64,000 bases of DNA from Macrostomum lignano (Eukaryota): positions 62,001 to 126,000 of the forward strand of contig NIVC01002708.1 in assembly GCA_002269645.1 (NCBI GenBank). The letters run 5' to 3'. How positions within the stretch are numbered: the stretch's first letter is position 1; every line of letters starts with the position of its first letter. A program made the translations under genes and the position numbers. The notes beneath the pieces were generated by a model, which saw only the letters and a list, made by a program, of their open reading frames with translations, was not told where the DNA came from and searched no databases. Below, piece after piece: positions 1 to 11,593 of the stretch.

Positions 1-3000
1 CAACCTGGCAGAGCCACCTGGCCAGACGGTCGCGCCGAGGTTGACGAGGTGACGCGTACGCTGCCGGTGCTTCCGGAGGGCCGCACGGTGAGGCGGGCTG
101 TCACTGCCCTGCTGAGCCTGCGGGGCGATCCAACCGGTAGCAATTCGTCCGCCGAGACGGTTCAAAGTGCCGAGATGGTGGAAATTTACTGGCCGGAGGC
201 GGTCCAGGCGGACGGGTCGATCCTGGTGCCCGGCTCCCAGCTCCTGTCCGTGTCGGTGGTCGGCGACGTCCTCGGCCCAGCCATGGACGGCATCGGCGGG
301 CTGGTGCGGACTCCGCGCGGCTGCGGCGAGCAGAACATGGTGGACTTCGCTCCCGCGGTCTTCATCTATCGGTACCTCCGTTCGGCGGGCAGCGACAGCT
401 CCGCCACGGCCCGCCTGCGCCAGAAGGCCCTGGACGCCATGCGCACCGGCTACCAGAGGGAGCTGACCTACCGACGGGACGACGGCTCCTACAGCGCTTT
501 CGGCAAGGCCGACGCAGCCGGCAGCGTCTGGCTGACTGCCTTCGTGCTCAGCGTGTACGCCCAGGCGGCCGAGTTCATCGCGGTGGACCCAGCTGCGGTG
601 ACGGGCAACTCGATCATGTTCCTGCTGAGCCGCCAGGACCCGTCTGGCCGCTTCACCGAGCCCGAGGGCGCTCGGGTGCTGGACACCAGCCTGCAAGGTG
701 AAGCCGGCAAAGCCTCTCTTGGAATGTCGGCCTTCATCTGCTCCGCACTGATGGACGTTCGAGACGCTGTGGAATTGCTGCCGGCCCTGCGGACGCCTGA
801 GTGGCCGCTGCTGCCCGTGTCCACCGCGCTGCGCCGCTGCGTCGACCTCTTTAAGCTGGAGTTCAAACAGCGGCTGGCCGATTTTGACACGCGCGACATG
901 GCGCTGGCCGCCTACTTCTTATGGCGCGCCCGACTGGCTGGCGAAGGAGGAGACGCGACGAAGAGCCTGGCGAAGCGCGTCTGGGAGGCCTTCAATGCCC
1001 GCGCCGAGAGTGACCACTCGGCGAGACTGTACTTCTGGAAGGTGAGCTTGCCAGACGGGAACTCCTCTTGACAGTTTCTAGGCATTTTGCAGCGGTCAGT
1101 TGGATCTTTCAAACGCTGCAAGTTGAGCAGAGTTGGTTGCCAGGTTTAGTGTTCAATTGACTGATCCCGATGAAAGCGTTGTCACCGTGACAATAGTCGC
1201 TAAAAGGTCATTGCAAACAACTCACTGGTGACTCTAAGGACTTCTGGGCGGCTCATGCGACTGTTTAAAAACTCAGACGACTGCAATACGATTGTTGAGT
1301 CACGAGCGTATCACGTGAGTTGTAGAATCCCAAAACTCGCGAAAAAGTCCTCCTAGAGTAGAGATAGAGTTTTTACAAAAGCGAAATTCGATTTTATTGA
1401 GTAGTTACTACATGTAAAGTCAGTGACGCAGATGCCCTTTAGACGCAACGCAGTGGCTCTACAGCGACTCTGGCAAGCCTCAGATACGATCAATCGTAGA
1501 AACACCACTAGTTGAGAATTTCACTGCTTTTTGTCGGAATAATAGACGTTCCCTGTTTCTGCAAACCTTGCGTCCTTCATACGCTCGTATAGAGTTAAAA
1601 ATATGCATGAATTTCATATCCTTTTATACTCTAGTGGTGCTTGTGCTTAGAGTAGCTATAATAACACTTGTTTCCATTTAAATTTCATTCGTGTTGCGTC
1701 ACGGATTCTCAGGGTTCAGTGGAGGTCACCGCCTACGGCGTCCTCACCGCCCTGCTGGCCGAGTCGAGCAGCGAAGCCGCGGCGGCCAAGGCGGCTTTGC
1801 CGGCCCTGCAATGGCTGGTCAGCAAGCAGACGGACCAGGGCGGCTTCCACGACACGCAGAGCACCGTGGTCGGCATCCGCGCCATCGCCGCCTTCGCCAC
1901 GGCCACTGGGGCCTCCGGACCGACTCGGGCCCGAATTGAAATCTTCGCCAAAGCCGCCGCCGTCGCCGCCACCAATTCCAGCACCGTGATCAACATCGAA
2001 CCCGACGATCGTCGCGTTGTTCGCCGCCGTCTGCTTGGCCGCGGCGACGCCGCCGCTGAATTCTCCTCTGTCACCGTCCGCGCCGAGGGCACCGGCATCG
2101 CCTTGGCGACCGCGGCCTGGCAGTTCAACCTGCGCGATCCGGAGCGCCGCAGCCTCGTTGCCGACTGGACGGAGAGCTCCGGCCTCGGCCTCCGTCTGGC
2201 CGCCCCGCCGAAGGTGCTACCAGGAGCGGCCTTCGCATTCAGCGTGTGCGCCCGCGCCTCCGGCACGCAGGGCATGTACATCCTGACCATCAGCTCCCCT
2301 AGCGGCTACTCGCCGGAGGAGTTCACCAGAGCTGGTGCTGTGCCCGGCCTGCAGCTGGTTGAGGCGGGACCGCTGCAGATTGTCTTCTACTTTGACCGGG
2401 TGGGTTGGCTTGCAGTCAGATGAAGAATCGAGCTTATGACTGCTTGCCAGATGAGAGAGGGAAGGAGAAGGAAGAGGGGAGAGACTTGAAAGGAGATGAG
2501 AGAGAAGAAGAAGCTTTGAATTTGAATTGTTACATTCCATATGCCAGTATTCTCATTGTGCCGAATTTTTCGGTTGCAGCTAATGGCAAAGAAGGAAGTT
2601 TGCGTCCAGTCGGCCTGGAGGCGGGACGTCCCGGTGCTGGATGTCCAGCCGCAGAAGATTACGCTGCAAAAGTACTATAATCCAGGTTAGTATGCTTAAT
2701 AATTGTTGCTTTTGTAGTATTACGCTTTTGGATGTACATATTTACATACAAGTGTGTAGTTTATGCGTGTGTGTTTGCGTGCAACCTTCAACTACACTAC
2801 TTAATGAAAGCGATATTTTTCACTTAGGACAATTTTTATCGCCGAGTTCCTATGTTTCTACTTTCAGTGGCTAATTTGTCTATCCAAAAACTTGTCACCT
2901 TCAAATATCCCGAACCTGACTAATTCAGAGCTGGTCAACACGGTGTTCTACTTGGACCCGGCTTTGCAGTCGGTTGGCCGGTGCCAGGCCTGTCCAGACT

Positions 3001-3032
3001 GTCCGGGATGTTCGCCGCCGCCGTCGCCATGA
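1..3032 (+). CDS. Thioester-containing protein (alpha-2-macroglobulin/CD109/TEP family), 5'-partial; exons <1-1041, 1713-2399, 2580-2685, 2929-3032
   Basis: Frame is open from base 1. Thioester motif GCGEQ at 319-333, followed by YQRELTYRRDDGSYSAFG, SVWLTAFV, VEVTAY and GGFHDTQSTVVG (A2M thioester domain). Receptor-binding-domain end ...ITLQKYYNP and terminal CQACPDCPGC. All introns are GT-AG with matching phases; stop TGA at 3030-3032. Confidence 0.93.
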
Positions 3033-3425
3033 ACCAAAGCGTCCCGGACAATATAACCTAGCATAACGAATAGGCTCACTTTTTGTTTTAATCAATAGGA
3101 GTAACAATATTTGGTCGTGTATGAAATCCAGATTCCATCTCAAATTTGAGCGGATATCTCGGACTTAAGCGTCGCAAAATACAGGCTTTTTTCTTCCAAA
3201 AACTTCCTAACAGCAAATCGACCGTCTCTCCTTACCAATATTTTTGTGTAGTCTAAAGAATTAAATGGGTTAAATATTCTACATGTAATCAGTTATACGA
3301 TTTAGGCAGTTCAAGCACCGTAAGTGCGAGCTACAAATGCAATTGTATAGCCAGACTAGACGATCAAAATTGTAAAACCTAAAATTTTAATAAATTTTTA
3401 ATATATGCTAATCATCAGCGGCAGT

Positions 3426-3748
3426 CTGACATTTGACTGTCAGTGACATTTGACTGCCGTGACATTTGACTGTCCGTGACATTTGACTGCCAGTGACATT
3501 TGACTGCCGTGACATTTGACTGCCGTGACATTTGACTGCCAGTGACATTTGACTGCCGTGACATTTGACTGCCGTGACATTTGACTGTCCGTGACATTTG
3601 ACTGCCAGTGACATTTGACTGCCAGTGACATTTGACTGCCGTGACATTTGACTGCCGTGACATTTGACTGCCGTGACATTTGACTGTCCGTGACATTTGA
3701 CTGCCAGTGACATTTGACTGCCAGTGACATTTGACTGCCGTGACATTT
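3426..3748. repeat. 16-17 bp minisatellite (GTGACATTTGACTGCC)n
   Basis: About 19 near-identical tandem units. Confidence 0.95.
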
Positions 3749-4120
3749 GTTGAAATGAAACGTGAAAATTGAATTCCCGTGGGACGAGAATCCCGAACCT
3801 AAAAAACTTGAGATTCGGGAACAGGTCTTTTGATTAAATAATTTATAGAATTAGTGATTACTTGAAGGTATTTTGCTTTAACTTGTACTCGTTACATTAT
3901 TTACTTTGTTGGTTACAAAACTTTATATCAATTTCGTTGTGTTTTACTTCTTGATCTTGACAATCTTTTCTCAATTTTGATTAACTTTACATGGACAATA
4001 CACTAAAAGACCTGATCCCGATTCCCGAAATCCCGATCCCAATCCCGATCCCGAGAAAAAAATTATTCCCGATCCCGATCCCGCCCGAAGATTTCAATCC
4101 CATCCGACCTCTATTGGATA

Positions 4121-4332
4121 CCCAAAGTTTGGCAAAGTTCCTGCAAGAAAATTTTGGCAAGCAAATTTCCTGCAAACAAAGTTTGGCATGCAAAGTTTGG
4201 CAAGCCAAGTTGCAAGTTCAGCAAGCAAAGTTTAGCAAGCAAAATTCTGCAAGCAAACTTTGGCAAGCAAAATTTGACAGATGGCAAGCAAAATTCAGCA
4301 AGCAAAATTCCACAAGCAAACTTCCCGCAAGC
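4121..4332. repeat. Degenerate GCAAGCAAA-core repeat; same family recurs at about 18836-18995
   Basis: Repeated (TTT)GGCAAGCAAA / GCAAGCAAA cores at both sites. Confidence 0.75.
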
Positions 4333-5158
4333 AAACGTTGTATTCTCGATAAAATGATACATAGCCTAGCCCTAGGCTAGGCCCTACAATCTAGATAAAA
4401 AACATATTTGAAAATGCAAAGCTAACTCAATTCAAATCAAACATATGATGTAGGAAGGTAGAAAAAGAGTTATTAAAGCTTTATTTCATTATTATTTTGT
4501 ACTTTCATCTGATTTAAAAGAAAAAAAATTCTTAATTGATTATCAATGCCATGGCTCTTCGTCTTGCTTGCTGTCCAAACTAAAACTACAATAAAAGCCA
4601 CACAGTGTTTGCGCGCTAATAGCGAGCAAATGTTGCATAATATATGTGCTAGAAAACAAATGTACAAAATGTTGGTGTGATTTAGCTGTTATGTAAAAAA
4701 AATTTTGCGCATGCATAACAGTAAGCTAAGTCAGTAGGTTTAACCAAGTTATCCTCAGTCTTCTCATTTTTTCCTTCTTGTCCGACATTTCCAACAAAAA
4801 ATTATCAAAAAAATTAAGTTAAGATATCACAAAACTTTTACAACTATTATAAAGAAAGCTTTTTCTTTTAAGTAAAAACGTTTTTAAGTAAAAAAATTTA
4901 AATAACTATATGTTGTTTAGTTTTTCAAATAAAAATATAAGTTGCAGTTGTTTTAACGCGAAAATAACGGCTTTTAAAATCAGAAATACTAAACAACTCA
5001 AAACAGTCTACGTATGCAACTATTACAATATACAAGTAAAGACGGCATGCGGAAAGTTTAGATGGTTAATGTCTTTGTTTTCCCAGGATATTTACTTCCT
5101 CATAAAAATCATTGTATAATTCTGATAGCAACTTTAGAACTTATTTAAATTAATGTAT

Positions 5159-6464
5159 TGTGGCGGCCAGACTGTACGCGACTGGCAGCACCAGTGCAGC
5201 CGCACTGGAAACGCCCCCAAACCTCTGTCTAGCTCAGGTGGGGTGGGTGCGCGCCATGCTAGCCGGCTCGCTAAGCCGGGGGGGGGGGGGGGGTCGGCGT
5301 AGCCTATCACGCCACGCCACCTTTTCGCACCTCCCTAGGCCCCTCAATCTCGCGCAGTCTGTGTACATATAAATATACACGCAATGCAGCACAAAACTCT
5401 TCGCTGCCATTCCATCTATTGAAACTAAAAGGCCTTCCGCCTCATTGGTGAGCCCGACTCCCAGCGCGGAACGCTGGGCCTACCTGGTCGGCCCTGTGCG
5501 GTCCTGGCAGCCAACCGCCTTGGCCGACTGCAACGGCAGCACAGCAGCACCGCAGCCCAGCAGCACCGCAGCCCAGCAGCAGCCCTGCAGCACCGCAGCC
5601 CAGCAGCCCAGCAGCTACAGCAGTACCCCGCGGCCCGCAGCACGAATCGGCCCAGTCAGCCCGCCACCCGGTAGCTCCTGGGGTCTCGCCTTTCGGCCCC
5701 CGCGTTGGACCAACCAGCGCCACACGCTGGAGCTCATTCTAGGCTAGCACCGCTGTTGCTAGCCTAACGTCCCCAGCCTCTGTGCAGGAGCATCGACCCG
5801 GCTCACGGCGGCAACTGACTGTCGATTGCCTCTGGTGTGGTCCGGCTGCGCACCCCTGCTGCTGCCTTCGGCGCCCGCCTGGCGCCCTGCTGCTGCCTTC
5901 GGCGCCCGCCTGGCGCCCTGCTGCTGTCTTCGGCGCCCGCCTGGCGCCCTGCTGCCATCGGCGCCTCTGCCGCCTTCGGCGCCCGCCTGGCGCCCTGCTG
6001 CTGCCTTCGGCGCCCGCCTGGCGCCCTGCTGCTGCCTTCGGCGCCCGCCTGGCGCCCTGCTGCTGCCTTCGGCGCCCGCCTGGCGCCCTGCTGCTGCCTT
6101 CGGCGCCCGCCTGGCGCCCTGCTGCTGTCTTCGGCGCCCGCCTGGCGCCCTGCTGCCATCGGCGCCTCTGCTGGGGGGAGCTGTGTGGCGGCCAGACTGT
6201 ACGCGACTGGCAGCACCAGTGCAGCCGCACTGGAAACGCCCCCAAACCTCTGTCTAGCTCAGGTGGGGTGGGTGCGCGCCATGCTAGCCGGCTCGCTAAG
6301 CCGGGGGGGGGGGTCGGCGTAGCCTATCACGCCACGCCACCTTTTCGCACCTCCCTAGGCCCCTCAATCTCGCGCAGTCTGTGTACATATAAATATACAC
6401 GCAATGCAGCACAAAACTCTTCGCTGCCATTCCATCTATTGAAACTAAAAGGCATTCCGCCTCA
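5159..6464 (+). mobile_element. Non-autonomous LTR retrotransposon (TRIM-like)
   Basis: LTRs 5159-5444 and 6184-6464 begin TGTGGCGG and end CCGCCTCA, differing only in poly-G length and one substitution. PBS-like TGGTGAGCCCGAC at 5446. Purine run GGGGGGAG just before the 3' LTR. 4-bp TSD GTAT at 5155-5158 and 6465-6468. The 739-bp interior has no gag/pol. Confidence 0.9.
5857..6150. repeat. 31-bp GC-rich tandem repeat inside the TRIM-like element (TGCTGCTGCCTTCGGCGCCCGCCTGGCGCCC)
   Basis: About 8-9 units, two of them interrupted by a shared variant. Confidence 0.9.
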
Positions 6465-6619
6465 GTATAGTCAACTAGCAATCTTCGCCCCCCGTTGGGG
6501 GACATCTGGATAGAATCTCTGCTCTCTACAGGTAACAAAAAGACAGCCAGATAAAGCCTTCTCAAATACAACAGACAAACTGCTCAAATAAAGTGCAATG
6601 CAAAAAGAAATCATCCCAA

Positions 6620-7322
6620 GACAGCAAGCATCCCCCAGATAGCAAGCATCCCCCATATTGCAAGCATCCCCCAAATAGCAAGCATCCCCCAGATAGCAAG
6701 CATCCCCAGATAGCAAGCATCCCCCAGATAGCAAGCATCCCCCAAATAGCAAAGCATCCCCCAGATAGCAAGCATCCCCCAGATTGCAAGCATCCCCCAA
6801 ATAGCAAGCATCCCCCAGATAGCAAGCATCCCCCAGATAGCAAGCATCCCCCAGATAGCAAGCATCCCCCAAATAGCAAAGCATCCCCCAGATAGCAAGC
6901 ATCCCCCAGATTGCAAGCATTCCCCAAATAGCAAGCATCCCCCAGATAGCAAGCATCCCCCAGATAGCAAGCATCCCCCAGATAGCAAGCATCCCCCAGA
7001 TAGCAAGCATTTTATGTTCGACAGGGTGGCTCTTTCATGTTTGGCATGGTGGCTCTTTTATGTTTGACATGGTGGCTCTTTTATGTTTGACATGGTGGCT
7101 CTTTTATGCTTGGCATGGTGGCTCTTTTATGTTCGACATGGTGGCTTTTTTATGTTCGACATGGTGGCTCTTCTATGGTTGACATGGTGGCTCCTTAATG
7201 CTCGACATAGTGACTCTTTAATATTCCCCCAGATAGCAAGCATCCCCCAGATAGCAAGCATCCCCCAGATAGCAAGCATCCCCCAAATAGGAAGCATCCC
7301 CCAGATAGCAAGCATCCCCAAA
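6620..7322. repeat. 18-19 bp minisatellite (AGATAGCAAGCATCCCCC)n in two blocks, about 6620-7010 and 7224-7322
   Basis: Tandem units directly visible. Confidence 0.93.
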
Positions 7323-7785
7323 TAGTAAGCATCTATCAGACAATAAGTAGCTAGTGCAACAATTTCCTTAGCTCTATAGTGGCTCCTTTAAAATTGGCAT
7401 GACGCTTACTTTTAAGTTTGAAATTGTGTATCTTTTATGTTTGACATGGTGGCTCTTTAATGTTTGACATGGTGGCTCTTTTATCTTCTACATGGTGGCT
7501 CTTTTATGTTTGAATCGGGGTTTTTTTAATGTCTGACATGGTGTCTCTTTAATGTTTGACATGATTGCTCTTTAATTTTCAAAATGGTGTCTCTTTTATG
7601 TTTGACATGGTGGCTCTTTGATGTTTGACATGGTGGCTCTTTAGTGTTTGACATGGTAGCTCTTTAATGTTAGACATGATGGTTCTTTAATGTTCGACAT
7701 GGTGGCTCTTTAGTGTTTGACATGATGGCTCTTTTATGTTTGACATGGAGTCACATATGTTTGAGATGGTGGCTCTTTTATGTTT
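7010..7785. repeat. 23-bp minisatellite (TTTATGTTTGACATGGTGGCTCT)n in two blocks, about 7010-7205 and 7433-7785
   Basis: Tandem, moderately diverged units. Confidence 0.9.
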
Positions 7786-8112
7786 ATTCAATTTTCCTCG
7801 GGATCCCGAGATTTTGGGATCGGGATCGGGATCCCGTCCGACCTCTAGTATCCAAGCATTGGGTATATTATTATGAGTCATGATATGTAGGCCCTAGCAA
7901 TTCACAGATTGAGATTGGTGGTACATTATAATTTATATTCATTTGCTAAAAATCTATATTTTTTTTTTGCTGCCTAAATCATTCAATGTGTGTGTTGTTC
8001 AAAATTGTATCTAATTTTTTTGAAATTATATTCCTAATAAAAAACTAACTTTTTTCATTTTTTTGTTAGGAATTAGGCCCTAAGGCTTTTAAAATCTATC
8101 TAACTATCATAT

Positions 8113-9153
8113 TGAGGTGGGGGGAAGAAGAGAAAAAAATTTGAACTTGATGACTGCGGGAGCGGTTTTCTTTAAACTTTAAACTGCCGCCTTCGTGATC
8201 TTCGGCACTTGTAAAGCTGGAAAAATTTGCAGAAAATTCGGACGCTTTTCTCCTATTTTACTCCAACTGCTGGGTTCCTCAGGTACGGGGGGTAGGGTAG
8301 TCATAATCGTAGCAGAGTGGTCGTTAGAGCAGCACAGTCGTTCAGATGGTAGACACCGTAGATTTTGACACCGTAGAATTTGCGCGTTGAATGTGCTGAT
8401 CTGCTTACTTTCAGTAGGGTAGAGCTGCCACCACCGTAATTTACGTATTACGGAACGTTGAAGTCTCAGACTTTCTTTGAGTTGAGAACTTGTTGTTTTA
8501 CGCCCCACAGGCAAATAAGTTAATATAGACTAACGAGGCTTCAGTTAATTGATAGGAAAATTAATAGCAGACTGTTTACGGTTTTATTAAGTCGACAAAC
8601 GATAGTGATTAAGTATTGATACGACAGAGAGCGAGATACAATCGATGAAGTGGACCCGGCGTGCCGGGGTGCTAAACTAACCTATGATTCTTAAGCTTTA
8701 TTGATAGACTAAACAGCTAATTAAAAGTTAAACACAAAAGGCAGAGGGGTAGGTGGAGGAGGAAGAAAAATAAAAAAAGGAAAAAAGTTAGTAAAACGCT
8801 GCGATTTCGCATTGATTAAATAATACACGGAGAAGTTAGGACACAATTTGGGCTCAACAAGGCCAACGCTGAGATCAGTTACGGGATCCAGCGATGGGGC
8901 ATCAATTGGAAAAACAAAAAATATTGAACTGAAAATAAGCAAAGTAAATTAGGCATGGGGGTGGGGCAACAAAAAGGACCACAGACAGGAAAGGGACAAA
9001 CCACACAAGGGCGCAACCGCGGGACCAACCAAAGGGGCAAACCCGGGAACGAGAGATGGTGGGACACGTCATTTCGCACCTCATGGTAGACAAAATGGGC
9101 CTAACCTGGGGACAAAGCAAAAAAAAAACACCGGTGGTAGCCCACCTACCACA
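8113..9153 (-). repeat. 3' LTR of Gypsy element 1
   Basis: 1041-bp direct repeat of 17766-18807. Confidence 0.95.
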
Positions 9154-9622
9154 TGCATGGGGCAGTCACAAAAAAAGAGTACAAAGAGCCTAACCAGGCG
9201 TACGGCGATGCTGGCCAGGCTTACAAAAAAAATTGACAAATAATAATATTAACACAACCAAATAATGAACATTAGGTGACTGCCGGCGAAGAAATAAACT
9301 AATGAAATATATACACAAAGAAACAGCAGCATGGGGCAGTCACAAACCAAGTAGACTAAATAAAATTACTGTGATTAAATATTGTCATAAATAATCGGGC
9401 TCCTACACGCAAAATTACGAAAATTAGGGTTTACAACACAGTTGCACTTCATAAACTGAAAACAAAACTTAATGAAAGTACCAAATTGGCTCTCTCAATG
9501 CAAAATTAAAGTAAAATTAAAGTAGATTAGAGTAAATTAAAGTAAATTAAAGTTGATTAAAGTAAATTAAGGTAAATTAAAGTAAACTAAAGTTGCCTTT
9601 GCAGGCTCACTAAAGTTCAGTT

Positions 9623-10272
9623 TCATCCTAGTCCTTGGGCTCGTCCTCCATGGCGAGCTGGGCGGCCTCGCTGGGCTCCGGCTGCTGGGTCGCGCGCAGG
9701 CAGGACGTTCTCATTTGCACTTGGAGCTCGGGCGCCAGGCCAGCCCAACAACTCGACAAGGGAACAGTCAGCGCTCACGCGCAGTTGCTCGGGGCGTTTG
9801 TCCAGCACCATGTCCCAAAAGGCATGGAGGCGCAGTGTCCACCCATTCGTCAAGCGACCCGCCTCCCAGAATGCTAGCGTGAGTAGGATTGCCAAGGCAG
9901 GCCGAGAGCGTCCTCCTTGCTGGACGACGACCTCCGCTCGCTGTAGGAACCTATCGAGGATATCTTGAGAAGCACTGGGCCCAAGTCGGCGGCAGTGTGC
10001 TCGCCAGGGGCCATCGATTTGCATTCAGCCGCGGCGGATGGCCTGATGGTAAGCCTCCTCGAGTGCTTCTCTCAAATGGGCGTGGGCGCAGGCCATGCCG
10101 GCCTCGGCGTCTGTGCTAGCGGCGACGGCAGCTGCCTCCGCTTCGCTGAGCCAGGGGACCCGGGTCGGCGGCGCCTCGGTTTTCTGGGCTGCAGCGGAAC
10201 TGCTCTCGGATAGTGGGTTTCAGCAGGAGCCTGATCAGCCATAGGAACGTCGACAATAGGTGGTTCAGCCAT
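9623..10272 (-). pseudogene. Disrupted accessory ORF of unknown function between integrase and 3' LTR
   Basis: GC-rich coding-like island. Frame 10219-9626 is open for 198 codons except one TGA at 10025-10027. An upstream ATG at 10272 lies in another frame. Confidence 0.5.
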
Positions 10273-11593
10273 GCTGCAAAGTGTCTCGGTCGTCAGTAGA
10301 CAGAAATAAATTGCAGGAGATATAGGTGCTCGGATAAAAATTACAGGTTGAACGGAAATGCAAGCAGACACTAAATAAAATTCGCAAAATGAGCCAAGCG
10401 CGAGGCCATCACTCAAATACAAAGTTTTGGGCCATTCAGCGGCCAAAATGGGCCAAACACGGAAATAGTCACCCCGCGTGTACTCTAACTGAGGGCTCGC
10501 TTGAAAAAGGGGTGGGGAGTGAAATCAAGGAGCAATAAAAATGATAACCACACGGCAGGGGGGGGGTTTAGAATCACCCTGCCCGGGTTGGGCTGAATTG
10601 ATTGAAATGTCCAAATGGCTCACATTAAACGGGTTAGCGAAGAAATGGGTCTTCAGTATAAACACAGGTTTAGAAAAAAATAATAGTAAGAAGCAGTTTG
10701 GCAGGCTCCTTCCTACTAAAGGGTTCAATAACAGAATAGATAGGTTAGCAAAGAAGTGCTTAGCATAGATTCTCCACAAGAAGTTACTCGTACAAAAGGC
10801 AAGCAGAGGCTCTGGTAACTGGGTTGGGGTTCACAGCCCCTACAAATTTTCCCAGGCTCAACTGCACAGAACAAAGATTCGAGGCAAAGATTCACCTCAA
10901 ATGCCCCTGGACTTGAGGACAAGACCCAGAGCAATTGGCTTGACCTCAACCAGCCGGACATAGAGTAAAACAGATGAAATTTGAATTGAGAAAATTTTAA
11001 GAGAAAATTTACCTCTAGCTCCATGATTTGGAAGCAAGGGATTGCAAAAAAATGGTTGAACATGCAAAAGGGAGCCTCAGCACCTTTAGGCAAGTGCTTC
11101 GACCGTACAAATCATAGGAGAATTTTTGCAAGGCAGAAGAAAACGCATTTGAGCAAAACATTTTGCATATTGAATAAGTATGGTTGCATAAGGTGCGGGC
11201 TTTTACCATAAAGCCTAAGGATAAATATGCGCGCAGAGGTGCGAGCTTACAGTATTGCATTGGATAAATATGAGCGCAAAACTATACAGGAGCATAAATG
11301 TACACTTGCTTTTATCCCTCAAGCATAAGGAGAATAGAAAAATTAGAAAATTAATGTTGCTTTTGCCCTCAAGCATAAGGAAAGTACATAAATAGTTGCT
11401 TTTGCCCTCAAGCATAAGGAGAATTGAAAATCTGAAAATTAACAGAGATTAAAAGACTTTCAGCACATGGCAGGTGCAGAGAAAGCTTACAGCGGCAATA
11501 AAATTCGAAACGCGTTTGCAGAGTTGACTACTGTTAGTAATGTGCAGATAAAATTTAGCAAAATTTGCGCAGTTAAATTCACAGTTAATTACC

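Noticed and set aside
8179-8514. 111-aa ORF inside the LTR
   Set aside because: Interrupted by a stop in the other LTR copy (17917) and has no recognisable motif
9154-11593. env gene in Gypsy element 1
   Set aside because: No signal peptide, cleavage site or transmembrane anchor is visible
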